From Faecousia sp. (GTDB lineage Bacteria > Bacillota > Clostridia > Oscillospirales > Oscillospiraceae), in the NCBI GenBank assembly GCA_045119455.1, contig JBGVDR010000120.1, forward strand, positions 1,941-65,940: a stretch of 64,000 nt of DNA, read 5' to 3'. Under the pieces are notes generated by a model. The model was not told the DNA's origin. It saw only the letters and a list, made by a program, of their open reading frames with translations, and searched no databases. Both the position numbers and the translations under genes were made by a program. How positions within the stretch are numbered: position 1 is the first letter of the stretch; the number at the start of each line of letters is the position of its first letter. This document shows positions 8,891 to 18,715 of the stretch, piece by piece.

Positions 8891-9307
8891 CCCTCCTGTG
8901 CGCTGCGGTTTACATAGATATCATAGCAGATGAATCGAAATGCGTCAATTGACGGAATTATCAAATCCGGTTTGTTTTGAGGAAATTTTGGGGTAGTTTT
9001 GGGAATTTTTCCATAGAAGCGGGCATAAAGGTCAAAAAAGTTTCAGAAAGGGAGATTTGAGTCCTGGAGGGTCGGATTTTTCGGGAAATTCTGAAAAATG
9101 GAGTATGGTGATGGTAACACAGAAAATACTCGCCTGTTTCCGGAAATGGTTATTTTGATGTATATTCCGAAGGATTGGCTTTGAAAAAGGTGGGTTTTGT
9201 ATAAAATTTTCCGGGTTATACAAAGATATTCGAAAAATTTCTGACTGCCGAAAGCATTGACCTTTTTTGCGGAAAGTGGTATGGTATTTGGGAAAGGTGG
9301 TGAGGCT

Positions 9308-9817
9308 ATGAAGATAAAAAATATGACCCGCTGCGCCCTCATGGCCTCGGCCATGACGCTGTGCGCCTGGACTGCGGTGCCGGTGGGATCTCTGGCGGTG
9401 AGCTTGCAGACCTTGGGGCTGTTTTTGACCCTGGGCTTGCTGGGCGGAAGGCTGGGCGTGGTGACGGTGGCGGTGTATTTGAGCCTGGGCGCCATGGGCG
9501 CACCGGTGTTTACGGGCTTGCAAGGGGGCTTTGGGGCTCTGCTGGGTCCTACGGGTGGCTATTTGTGGGGCTTTTTTGCCGCCGCCCTGCTGTGGTGGGC
9601 GCTGGAGGGGCGGCTGCCCCGCACGGTGACCATGGGGCTGAGTCTGCTGGTATGTTACCTCTGCGGCACGGTGTGGTATGCCTGGCTGACAGCCACGGGG
9701 CTTTGGGCTGCGGTTTTGGTATGTGTGCTGCCCTTCGTGGCGGGGGATGCAGTGAAAATGGTTTTCGCCGGACTGATTACTTCCGGGTTGAAAAAACGGG
9801 GAATTTGGAGAGATTGA
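9308..9817 (+). CDS. bioY: Biotin transporter BioY
   Basis: SLQT, YLSLGAMGAPVFTG, LLGPTGGYLWGF, PFVAGDAVK. Confidence 0.9.
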   Translation: MKIKNMTRCALMASAMTLCAWTAVPVGSLAVSLQTLGLFLTLGLLGGRLGVVTVAVYLSLGAMGAPVFTGLQGGFGALLGPTGGYLWGFFAAALLWWALEGRLPRTVTMGLSLLVCYLCGTVWYAWLTATGLWAAVLVCVLPFVAGDAVKMVFAGLITSGLKKRGIWRD

Positions 9818-9819
9818 CC

Positions 9820-10680
9820 ATGGAATTGGAACATATTGCGCAGCGTCCGGGTCGGCTGTCCGGGTTTCTTCGGGGAGAAATGAAAATGTCCGCCGGACTG
9901 ATGAACCGGCTGAAATGGGGCGACGCCATCACCGTCAACGGCATCCCCTGCCATACGGATTATGCGGTTGCGCCCGGCGACCGGATTCGGGTGCGGCTGG
10001 AGGAGCCTCCGGCGGAGTATCCGGCGGAAACGGGGGCTCTGACCATATTATATGAGGACGATTACATTTTAATAGTAGATAAGCCGGCGGGGATGCTGAT
10101 TCACCCCTCCCGCTCCCAGTTTGCCGGCACCTTGGCCAACCGGGTGCTGGGACATTATCGGGCGACGGGGCAGGATTCAGCTTTTCACCCGGTGACCAGA
10201 CTGGACCGGGATACCTTTGGCATTGTGTTGCTGGCGAAAAATTCCCACGTCCACAGCCTGTTACAGCAAACTTCGATTCGAAAAACCTACCATGCGCTGA
10301 CCTTTGGCGGTCCGGCGGAGGAACGGGGCGTCATCGATGCACCCATCGCCCGGAGACCCCTGCCCAGCCTGCTGCGCTATGTGGCGCCGGAGGGGAAACC
10401 ATCGGTGACGGAATTTAAGGTGCTGGAGCGGAATGGGTTGTTATGTAAACTAGCCCTGCATCCCATCACCGGGCGCACCCATCAGCTGCGGCTGCACTGC
10501 GCACACATGGGCTGGCCCATCCTGGGTGATCCCCAGTACAACAGCCCGGAATCCGTGGAGCTTTCCCGGGAATATGGGGCAAAATCCCAGTTTTTGTGCG
10601 CCAAAAGCCTGGAACTTGTCCATCCAATCACCGATGCGCCTATGGTGGTGCACAGCCGGTTGGATGCGGTGTTGGAATAA
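9820..10680 (+). CDS. RluA-family pseudouridine synthase
   Basis: DKPAGMLIHP, TRLDRDTFG, TGRTHQLR, ILGDPQY; start at MELEHI. Confidence 0.9.
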   Translation: MELEHIAQRPGRLSGFLRGEMKMSAGLMNRLKWGDAITVNGIPCHTDYAVAPGDRIRVRLEEPPAEYPAETGALTILYEDDYILIVDKPAGMLIHPSRSQFAGTLANRVLGHYRATGQDSAFHPVTRLDRDTFGIVLLAKNSHVHSLLQQTSIRKTYHALTFGGPAEERGVIDAPIARRPLPSLLRYVAPEGKPSVTEFKVLERNGLLCKLALHPITGRTHQLRLHCAHMGWPILGDPQYNSPESVELSREYGAKSQFLCAKSLELVHPITDAPMVVHSRLDAVLE

Positions 10681-10726
10681 AAAACCGCCCCGGGTACTCC
10701 CGGGACGGTGCTACTGGAGCCGGTAT

Positions 10727-10960
10727 TTATGCCAAAAATCTGGCGGCGACGGATTTAAACTGCTGACATTCCTCGTCGGAGCAGTCGGCACGGACGGGAA
10801 TGGGCTGGCTGTAATCCAGGCTGAACATGCCCATGAAGCTCTTGGCATTGACCCGGGCCCGGTCGTTGCCCACCAGCACCCGGAACGGCTGTATGGTGGC
10901 GATTTCTACAAAATCCTGCACATCCTGAAAGGAATGCAATACAATATCAAATTGCTTCAT
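10727..10960 (-). CDS. HPr-like protein
   Basis: VNAKSFMGMFSL Ser46-type motif; no GLHARP motif; GGAGG RBS. Confidence 0.8.
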   Translation of the reverse strand: MKQFDIVLHSFQDVQDFVEIATIQPFRVLVGNDRARVNAKSFMGMFSLDYSQPIPVRADCSDEECQQFKSVAARFLA

Positions 10961-11105
10961 TGATTTCGCCTCCTGCGCTGTACAAACCACATTCGTTGGT
11001 GTATAATGACAAAGTATACATTATTATAGCACGGATTTGTGGATTTTCAATTGACGCTTTGGACGATTTTCACAACTCATGATATAGATAATTGGTGGAT
11101 TTGAC

Positions 11106-12386
11106 ATGAAATTTGGATTTTACACATTAGGCTGCAAGACCAACCAGTACGAAACCCAGGCTATGGAACAGCTTCTGCGCCAGCAGGGGCATACCATCGG
11201 TTGCTTCGAGGACGACTGCGATGGCTACGTAATCAATACCTGCTCTGTCACCGCCGTGGCGGACAAGAAAAACCGCGCCATGATTCGCCGGGTTCGCCGG
11301 GAGCATCCCAATGCGGTGGTGGCAGTCTGTGGCTGTTACAGCCAGCACAACCCCGACGCCGCCGCTAAGCTGGGGGCGGATTTGATTGGCGGCAGTGCCC
11401 AGCGGCAGGAATTTATCGATGCGCTCATCGCTACCACCGCCGACCGGCAGGCTCGGCAGGTGTTGGATGCGGCTTTGCGCCGCCGGGAATTTGAGATTCT
11501 CCCCGCCGGCGGACTGGAGCAACGCACCCGGGCCATGGTTAAGGTTCAGGACGGCTGCGTGAATTTCTGCACCTACTGCATCATTCCCTACACCCGGGGG
11601 CCGGTGCGCTCGGCGCCCCTGGAGCTGGCGGTGGAGCAGTGCAAAGCGCTGGCCAGCCAGGGCTACAAGGAAATCGTGCTGACTGGAATCGAAATCGCCG
11701 GCTGGGGGCGGGACTTGCCCGGCAAGCCAGGCGTGGAGGTGCTGATTGGCGAAATTTGCGCTGCCGTGCCGGAGTGCCGAATCCGGCTGGGCAGTCTGGA
11801 ACCCCGGGTGGTGACCCGGGAATTCTGCGAAAAAATTCGGGATTTCTCCAATTTGTGCCCTCAATTCCACCTTTCCATGCAGTCCGGTTGTGATTCTGTC
11901 TTGGTACGCATGGGGCGCAAATACGACACTGCCCGGTATTTTGAGAGCCTGGAGCTGCTGCGGGAGTTCTTCCCGGGCTGCGCCATTACCACGGACATGA
12001 TTGTGGCCTTTCCCGGGGAAACCGAGGAGGAGTTTCATGCCAGCTTGGAATTTATTCGTAAATGTGCCTTTGCGGATATGCACATTTTCCCCTACTCCCG
12101 CCGCCCGGGCACTCCGGCGGACAAGATGCCCGGTCAGCACGACAACGCCACCAAGGAGCGGCGCAGCCGTGCTGCCATCGCCGTGGCGCAGGATATGAGT
12201 GAGAATTATCGGCGGAGCCTGATTGGTACGGCGCAAAGCGTGCTGTTTGAGGAGAACGAGGGGGAATATTTCACCGGACATGCGCCGAATTATGTGAAGA
12301 TTTATTACCCCGGCACGGATTTGCACAACCAAATCCGGGACGTGCGTATCACCGCCCTGTTTAAGGATGGGTTATTGGCAGAATGA
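11106..12386 (+). CDS. mtaB: tRNA t6A37 methylthiotransferase
   Basis: TLGCKTNQYE, INTCSVT, radical-SAM GCVNFCTYC, HIFPYSRRPGT, TRAM-like C-terminus. Confidence 0.92.
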   Translation: MKFGFYTLGCKTNQYETQAMEQLLRQQGHTIGCFEDDCDGYVINTCSVTAVADKKNRAMIRRVRREHPNAVVAVCGCYSQHNPDAAAKLGADLIGGSAQRQEFIDALIATTADRQARQVLDAALRRREFEILPAGGLEQRTRAMVKVQDGCVNFCTYCIIPYTRGPVRSAPLELAVEQCKALASQGYKEIVLTGIEIAGWGRDLPGKPGVEVLIGEICAAVPECRIRLGSLEPRVVTREFCEKIRDFSNLCPQFHLSMQSGCDSVLVRMGRKYDTARYFESLELLREFFPGCAITTDMIVAFPGETEEEFHASLEFIRKCAFADMHIFPYSRRPGTPADKMPGQHDNATKERRSRAAIAVAQDMSENYRRSLIGTAQSVLFEENEGEYFTGHAPNYVKIYYPGTDLHNQIRDVRITALFKDGLLAE

Positions 12387-12408
12387 GCTTTTGGATACAA
12401 TAAAAACG

Positions 12409-12435
12409 AAAAAGGCAGGCTTTCGCCTGCCTTTT
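12409..12435. terminator. Bidirectional terminator
   Basis: AAAAAGGCAGGC-TTTC-GCCTGCCTTTT between convergent genes. Confidence 0.75.
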
Positions 12436-12444
12436 CTTTCGTTA

Positions 12445-13215
12445 TCACACAGCCGCGGGCTCCTTGGATTCCTTCTTGCAGAAGATGGCGCACACGCCAT
12501 AAACCGCCAGAGCTGCCAGGAAGAACACGATGGGGTTGATGATCATCAGAGACCACTGGGGGATGACGCCCATCTCCACCAGACCGATGTAGAAGGCATC
12601 CTCCTGCAGGAAGAACCAGTTGTTGCCCAGCATTTCGTTACCCAGCTTGGCCCACAGGGTGATGCAGACCAGCAGAACGCCGACCTTCCAGCAGTTCTGG
12701 AACTTGGGCTTAACCTGACCCAGAGCGATGCTCAGGATGCCCCAAGCCATCAGCACACCGTGGTAGAACATGGTCTGCACGGCCTTGTAGCACCAGGGCT
12801 CGCCGCTGCCGATGCTGGCGGGGTAGCAAATGTACATCATGGGGGCCAGGATGGACAGAATCACCACAGGCTCGAGGATCTTCTTGCCGTTGCGGTTGAA
12901 CTGGGCGATGGCCATCAGGGGGCACAGCACGGTGCAGATGTGGAAGGGCAGCTTGTCAATCTCCATGCCGCCGTAGACGAAGTCATGGAAAAAGAAGTCG
13001 GTCAGGTAGGAAATCACCACGCAGTAGGCCATTACCCGCAGGGCTTTGACCTTGGTCTGCTCGGGCTTGTTACGCAGCAGGAAGTAGCCGGCAATGATGC
13101 CACCGAAAATCAGCACCAGGTAGGCAATGTGGGACACAGAAAAGGCGGTCACTTCCAGTCCGGTGTCGAAAAAGGATGAACGGAACAGCTTGAAACAAAA
13201 TTCTCTCATTTTCAT
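12445..13215 (-). CDS. YwaF/TMEM164-like integral membrane protein
   Basis: FSVSHIAY, LPFHIC, FYHG, NWFFL; multiple TM segments. Confidence 0.75.
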   Translation of the reverse strand: MKMREFCFKLFRSSFFDTGLEVTAFSVSHIAYLVLIFGGIIAGYFLLRNKPEQTKVKALRVMAYCVVISYLTDFFFHDFVYGGMEIDKLPFHICTVLCPLMAIAQFNRNGKKILEPVVILSILAPMMYICYPASIGSGEPWCYKAVQTMFYHGVLMAWGILSIALGQVKPKFQNCWKVGVLLVCITLWAKLGNEMLGNNWFFLQEDAFYIGLVEMGVIPQWSLMIINPIVFFLAALAVYGVCAIFCKKESKEPAAV

Positions 13216-13227
13216 ATCCTCCTCAAT

Positions 13228-13977
13228 TTATGCGGTTTTCTTGGAAAATGCGGCTTTTAGCTTGACGTACCAGCGATCCTCCGGGGGCAGCCGGAGCTCC
13301 CACAGGGCAAGAATCGCAAACATCAGAAGTATCACAACGATGCCCAGAATCATGGGCGATACCGGCATATAGGGGTTGGAATACAGGAACATTCCATCGG
13401 GAGATTCCATGCCGAAGTGCTCGTACAACCCGTTGACAAACAGTCCGCACAGCACAAAGGTAGCCAGTCCGATGGTCACGCTCAGGGCATTGAAGACCCG
13501 GATTTTGATAAATCCGCCGGTTTTCATGTAGATACAGCCGAAGAGCATGGTGGAATGGCTGACCATTCCCTTGAGGATGTCGTAATCTGCCAGGGTGGGG
13601 GTGTTGCCGAAGTTCTTGTTCAGCACGATACCCACGATGCCGCAGACAATGCCGCCATAGAAGCAGAATTCTCCCAGCACATGGAACAAAATGCGGTTCT
13701 TGTCCTTAATCAGCGAGGCAACCAACAGCATCCACATGACCACGTTGCAGGGGTACACGGGAAGGATTTGGTTGTTCTCGATGGTCGCTTCTCCTCCAGT
13801 CATAAAATAGTCAATCCACAAATTGCTGTAGTGGATCGCCACAGTAAGGATTGCTGAGAATTTGAGTATGAAGTTTTTGGATTTGTCGTCCTTGACAAAC
13901 ACACCTGCCAGCGCCAAAAGCAACACGGTCAGGATGCTTGAGATGACGATGTATAAGATATGTTGTTGATTAAACAT
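13228..13977 (-). CDS. YwaF/TMEM164-like integral membrane protein
   Basis: FNQQHILY, LPVYPC, SHS, GMFL; multiple TM segments. Confidence 0.7.
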   Translation of the reverse strand: MFNQQHILYIVISSILTVLLLALAGVFVKDDKSKNFILKFSAILTVAIHYSNLWIDYFMTGGEATIENNQILPVYPCNVVMWMLLVASLIKDKNRILFHVLGEFCFYGGIVCGIVGIVLNKNFGNTPTLADYDILKGMVSHSTMLFGCIYMKTGGFIKIRVFNALSVTIGLATFVLCGLFVNGLYEHFGMESPDGMFLYSNPYMPVSPMILGIVVILLMFAILALWELRLPPEDRWYVKLKAAFSKKTA

Positions 13978-14080
13978 ACCTTAATTATACAATATTCGAC
14001 AGGAAAAGTCAACCATCCCCAGACCCCTTGCTTTGGAGGGCGGTTTGTGGTATGATAGGGGAAAATCTGAGGTGGTTGGA

Positions 14081-14752
14081 ATGAAGAAAAAGTGCCTGAT
14101 TCTCCCGGCGGCGCTGGTGGTGATTGCAGCGGCGGTGGCGATGGTGGTTTTGTACAGACCGAAACAGCCGCCGAGCCATTATGAGAAGCGGATAAAGGTC
14201 TTTCTGGACCAGACCCCGGGGCTGTTGGGCAAGCCCACCGATGTGGTGTTCCTGGGGGACAGTCTGACGGAGCAGTATGACCTGCAGGTCCACTATCCCC
14301 AGTACGTCACTGTGAACCGGGGCATCTGCGGCGATTCCACCCACGGTCTGCTGAAGCGAATGGAACTATCGGCATACTGCCTGAAGCCTAAGGTGGCGGT
14401 GGTGCTGATTGGGGTGAACAATCTGGGCACCATGATGGACGATTACGAGCAGATTCTGATGGGTCTGCGGGACAATCTGCCGGATACCAAGGTGGTTTTG
14501 CTGTCGCTGACCGCCATGGGTGGCACCTGGGCGGAGCGGATTCCCACCGCGCGGGCGCATAATGAGCGGATTCGGGCGCTGGCGCAGGAGTACGGATTTT
14601 GCTTCGTGGATTTGTTCACGGCGCAGACAGATCCCGCCACCGGGCAGATTCGCCCGGAATACACCACCGACGGCGGACACCAAACCGATGCGGGTTATGA
14701 GATTTTTACCAAGGAAATTACTCCGGTTTTGGAAACATTACTGGGTTATTGA
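14081..14752 (+). CDS. SGNH/GDSL hydrolase with N-terminal membrane anchor
   Basis: FLGDSLT, NRGICG, GVNN and DGGH blocks. Confidence 0.9.
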   Translation: MKKKCLILPAALVVIAAAVAMVVLYRPKQPPSHYEKRIKVFLDQTPGLLGKPTDVVFLGDSLTEQYDLQVHYPQYVTVNRGICGDSTHGLLKRMELSAYCLKPKVAVVLIGVNNLGTMMDDYEQILMGLRDNLPDTKVVLLSLTAMGGTWAERIPTARAHNERIRALAQEYGFCFVDLFTAQTDPATGQIRPEYTTDGGHQTDAGYEIFTKEITPVLETLLGY

Positions 14753-14793
14753 GTCCCCCAAAGGGGTAAAATAAGCGAAAAGGAGGGGAGAAA

Positions 14794-14928
14794 ATGAAGT
14801 ACGTGTGCGATGTGTGCGGTTGGGTCTACGATGAGGACGAGACCGGCGTGAAGTGGGAGAATTTGCCCGAAGACTTCGAGTGCGAGCTGTGCGGCGTGGG
14901 CAAGGATCAGTTCACCGCGGAGGAATAA
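14794..14928 (+). CDS. Rubredoxin (44 aa)
   Basis: Below the ORF-track cutoff: MKYVCDVCGWVYDEDETGVKWENLPEDFECELCGVGKDQFTAEE with two CxxCG motifs, AGGAGG RBS, terminator after. Confidence 0.93.
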   Translation: MKYVCDVCGWVYDEDETGVKWENLPEDFECELCGVGKDQFTAEE

Positions 14929-14931
14929 TCA

Positions 14932-14966
14932 CGAGGGGGAGCGATAAGCTCCCCTTGCTTTTTTTT
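14932..14966 (+). terminator. Rho-independent terminator
   Basis: GGGGAGC-GATAA-GCTCCCC hairpin followed by a T-run. Confidence 0.75.
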
Positions 14967-15118
14967 GAGGGCACAAAGGTTGTATGGCGATGACAGTTTA
15001 TGTTGTAGGGTGGGAACGAGTCTCTGTCCTACGATATAATATTTTCGCACGTTGAAATATGAAGTTATCTGTGCTAAAATGGATTCAGCATCCAAAATAT
15101 AGCTCTTAGGAGGAAGAA

Positions 15119-16531
15119 ATGATGAAGAAGTACTTTCTACTTATCCTGGTGCTGTGCCTGATGTTGGCGGCGTGCGGAAAGACAGAACCCAAGGACACCC
15201 AGCCTGTGACCACCCAGCCCGCTTCGCTACCCACGGAGCCCACCACGGAGCCCACCACCGAGCCCACCGAGCCACTGCCGGGCTACTGGGACGAGGACGG
15301 CAACCGGGTCGTGGAGGAATACGTCGGCGAGCTGTGCATCTGCAAGGAGATTTTTAATCCCCAGGGTCAGTTGATTACCCGCATCAGCAACCAGTGTTAT
15401 GACATGGAGCTGCGGTTGCAGAATTATGAATACGACGATGCCGGTCACCTGATTGAGGAAACCTGCTATACCTATGGCTGGCCCCATTGCCGCAAAACCA
15501 TGACCTATGAGGGCAATAATCTGACGGAAATGGCGATTTGGTCCTATGACAGCGACAATGAAGAATATGTGCAGACCGAGCGCTTCGGCTACACCTACGA
15601 TTCCAACGGAAATCGCATCAGCGAGACCTTCTATCAGGTGGAACAGCCCAAGTACACCTACCATTTTGACGCAAACGGCGCGCTGATTCGGCACATTACC
15701 TACCCCAACGGTGTGGCGGTGGAAACGGAGAATGTGGGTGATTTGGTCAAGCTCCAGCTGATTACCGGCGTCTTCGCCCCCATTCTGGACAATGACCCCA
15801 TCCGCTGGGAGCTTTCCTATGACGGCACGACCCTGAACACGCTGCCGGACATTATTTTCACGGATAAGGTGATCGATGGAGAATTCTATCTGTGGGGCGT
15901 GCTGGAGTTTAATGACGAGGGCTTCGAGGAGCGGGACGAGTTTCTGCTGGACAGCCAGGGTCGTCTGATTGAGCATACCAACTATACCAACGGAGAGCTG
16001 TATGCCATCTGGAGCTTTATCTATGACGAGCAGGGCCGGCTCGCCGAGGAGTCTGAGTGGTATGCCGACTTCGGTCAGAGCATCATTCACTACAACTACG
16101 ACGAGCAGGGACACAATATCTCCACCGAAACCTATGAAGATGGCGTGATGGTTCGCCAGATCCTCCGGGAATACGACCAGCGGGGCTTTGTGGTGAAGGA
16201 AACCGACGGCATGACCGGCGAAGAGGTGACCTTTACCCACAACGAGCTGGGGCAGGTTGTTACTATGACCATGTTTATGGACGGCGAGCAGGTCTACACG
16301 GAAACCCGGCAGTACGATGCGCTGGGTCACCGCATCATTGAGAGCGATGCCTATACCTATGAGTATCATTATAATGAAGAGGGGTTGCTGACCTCTGTGC
16401 GGCAAAGCTATGGCGAAGAGGTCTTCGGCGATGTGTTTGTGGAGTACCGGGTGGTGTATGTGACCGCAGCGGAGGCTGTGGAATTGCTGGATGCCACCAA
16501 CGATGCGCTGGATTGGTGCTTGAATTATTAA
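15119..16531 (+). CDS. Lipoprotein with YD/RHS-like repeats
   Basis: Lipobox LAAC, PTEPT linker, repeated YxYDxxG motifs. Confidence 0.8.
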   Translation: MMKKYFLLILVLCLMLAACGKTEPKDTQPVTTQPASLPTEPTTEPTTEPTEPLPGYWDEDGNRVVEEYVGELCICKEIFNPQGQLITRISNQCYDMELRLQNYEYDDAGHLIEETCYTYGWPHCRKTMTYEGNNLTEMAIWSYDSDNEEYVQTERFGYTYDSNGNRISETFYQVEQPKYTYHFDANGALIRHITYPNGVAVETENVGDLVKLQLITGVFAPILDNDPIRWELSYDGTTLNTLPDIIFTDKVIDGEFYLWGVLEFNDEGFEERDEFLLDSQGRLIEHTNYTNGELYAIWSFIYDEQGRLAEESEWYADFGQSIIHYNYDEQGHNISTETYEDGVMVRQILREYDQRGFVVKETDGMTGEEVTFTHNELGQVVTMTMFMDGEQVYTETRQYDALGHRIIESDAYTYEYHYNEEGLLTSVRQSYGEEVFGDVFVEYRVVYVTAAEAVELLDATNDALDWCLNY

Positions 16532-16665
16532 GCGTCATAGGGGTATCGGACTACTTACCTTTATCGCCCCAATCGGAAAACTCCCTCTTGCTTTACGCAA
16601 GACGGTGGTGTATAATTTATTAGTAAAAATACGGGCAAAAGCCCGAAATTTGGAGGAATGAAATC

Positions 16666-17664
16666 ATGTTCAATGCCATGATCGAAACTTTGAGAGCCAA
16701 TCCCCGGAAAATCGTCTTCACCGAGGGCCACGATGCCCGCATTCTGGAGGCCACTGCCCGCCTGAACGAGGGCGGCTTCCTGACCCCCATCCTGGTGGGC
16801 AATGTGGAAGAGGTCAAGGCCAACGCTGCCAAGGGCGGCTTCAACATCGAGGGCGTGGAAATCCTGGATCCTCTGACCTACGAGGGCATGGATGCCATGG
16901 TCGAGAAGATGGTGGAGCTGCGCAAGGGCAAGATGTCCAGCGAGGACTGCCGCAAGGCGCTGTCCAAGGGCAACTACTTCGGCACCATGCTGGTGAAGAT
17001 GGGCTACGCTGACTCCCTGCTGGGCGGCGCCACCTACTCCACCGCCGATACCGTCCGTCCCGCTCTGCAGCTGGTCAAAACCAAGAAGGGCGCAAACCTG
17101 GTGTCCTCCTGCTTCATCATGGTTCGTGGCGACGAGAAGATTGCCATGGGCGACTGTGCCATCAACCTGAGCTATGAGGACAGCGTGGACAAGGAAGGCA
17201 ACGTTACCGTTTCCGCCGCCCGGAAGCTGGCCGAGGTAGCTGTGGAGACTGCCAAGACCGCCAAGGTCTTCGGCATCGACCCCAAGGTTGCCATGCTGAG
17301 CTTCTCCACCAACGGCTCCGGCAAGGGCGGCACTGTGCAGCTGAGCCACGATGCCACCATCGTTGCCCGTGAGCTGGATCCCGAGCTGCTGATTGACGGC
17401 GAGATGCAGTTCGATGCTGCCGTGGCCCCTGAGGTCGGTCAGCTGAAGTTCCCCGGCTCCCCTGTTGCCGGCTACGCCAACACCTTCATCTTCCCCACCA
17501 TCGAGGCTGGCAACATTGGCTACAAGATCGCCCAGCGTCTGGGTGGTTTCGAGGCCTACGGCCCCATCCTGCAGGGTCTGGCTGCGCCCATCAACGACCT
17601 GAGCCGCGGCTGCAATGCCGACGAGGTCTACAAAATGGCCATCATCACCGCTGCTTTGGTGTAA
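16666..17664 (+). CDS. pta: Phosphate acetyltransferase
   Basis: KIVFTEG, STADTVRPALQ, LSFST, IDGEMQFDAA, GNIGYKIAQRL, NDLSRG. Confidence 0.96.
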   Translation: MFNAMIETLRANPRKIVFTEGHDARILEATARLNEGGFLTPILVGNVEEVKANAAKGGFNIEGVEILDPLTYEGMDAMVEKMVELRKGKMSSEDCRKALSKGNYFGTMLVKMGYADSLLGGATYSTADTVRPALQLVKTKKGANLVSSCFIMVRGDEKIAMGDCAINLSYEDSVDKEGNVTVSAARKLAEVAVETAKTAKVFGIDPKVAMLSFSTNGSGKGGTVQLSHDATIVARELDPELLIDGEMQFDAAVAPEVGQLKFPGSPVAGYANTFIFPTIEAGNIGYKIAQRLGGFEAYGPILQGLAAPINDLSRGCNADEVYKMAIITAALV

Positions 17665-17800
17665 TTATGCCCATCAGAACCGACCCGAACGGGTCGGTTC
17701 TTCACATATCTGCCGATTTTTTGGCGCATACTGGTTTTGTTCTTGACCCGTCAAATAGGCTGTGGTATATTTTTATGAAATAGAGGTGGAGTTGTTCGTT

Positions 17801-18715
17801 ATGATTAAAGCGAAGAAAGTTCTGACCTATATTGTCATTGCGCTTATTGCGGTCGTCTGCGCCTTGAGCTACCAGCTGTTCATTTTCCCCAACAAGTTCG
17901 CTCCGGCGGGTTTGGCCGGTCTTTGCACCATGGTGCAGTATGTTTTCGGCATCAACGTGGGCTACCTGAGTCTAATCATCAACGTTCCGTTGGCGATTTG
18001 GGTGTACTTCGCCGTGAGCAAGCCTTTGGCAGTACGCAGCATGGTGTATGTGGTGGTGTTCTCTCTGAGCCTGGTGGTGCTGGAGAAGGTGGATTTGTCC
18101 GCTCTGGCTTATGCCTCCGGAAACTCGGCGATTTTGGGTCCTCTGGTGGGCGGTGTGATTAACGGCGCCTGCTATGCCCAGCTGCTGAAGGCCTCGGCTT
18201 ACACCGGCGGCACGGACTTTGTTGCCGCGCTGATTCATAAAAACCACCCGGAAAAGAGCATTTTCGGTCTGATTTTTACCATGAATGCGATGGTGGCGGC
18301 GATTTCCTATTTTGTATACGGCTACAAAATTGAACCCGTGATTTTGTGCATTCTGTACTCCTTCGCTTCCAGCACGCTGTCCGAGCGGGTGACCAAGAGC
18401 GGTCGCAGTGCGGTGCGCTGTGAGATTATCACCGACCGCCCCCAGGAGCTTTCCGAGCTAATTATCAATAAGCTGCACCATTCCGCCACGCTGATTCCCG
18501 GCAAGGGTATGTACTCCGGTAAGGAGACCAACGTGCTGGTGTGCGTAATCAATAAAACCCAGGTGGCGGCGCTGAGCGCCATCATCCGCACCTATCCCAA
18601 CACCTTCGCTGTGTTTTCCCAGGTCAATCAGGTTATGGGCAATTTCCTGAAAATTGACGAGGACGGTGAGGAAGAGGTGGAACTGCTGGACCCCGGCGAC
18701 GGCAAGGCAGTATAA
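17801..18715 (+). CDS. YitT family membrane protein
   Basis: FAPAGLAGL, TGGTDF, C-terminal GKGMYSG DUF2179-like domain. Confidence 0.85.
   Translation: MIKAKKVLTYIVIALIAVVCALSYQLFIFPNKFAPAGLAGLCTMVQYVFGINVGYLSLIINVPLAIWVYFAVSKPLAVRSMVYVVVFSLSLVVLEKVDLSALAYASGNSAILGPLVGGVINGACYAQLLKASAYTGGTDFVAALIHKNHPEKSIFGLIFTMNAMVAAISYFVYGYKIEPVILCILYSFASSTLSERVTKSGRSAVRCEIITDRPQELSELIINKLHHSATLIPGKGMYSGKETNVLVCVINKTQVAALSAIIRTYPNTFAVFSQVNQVMGNFLKIDEDGEEEVELLDPGDGKAV

Noticed and set aside
9361-9819. N-terminal extension of the RluA ORF (apparent overlap with bioY)
   Set aside because: Alternative frame of GC-rich bioY; a good start exists at 9820.
15005-15032. GTAGGG...CCTAC, possible GTAG-type REP
   Set aside because: Single degenerate copy; insufficient support within this window.
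15119-16531. Rhs polymorphic toxin
   Set aside because: Too short, lipid-anchored, and lacking a DPxG cleavage motif, toxin domain and immunity gene.
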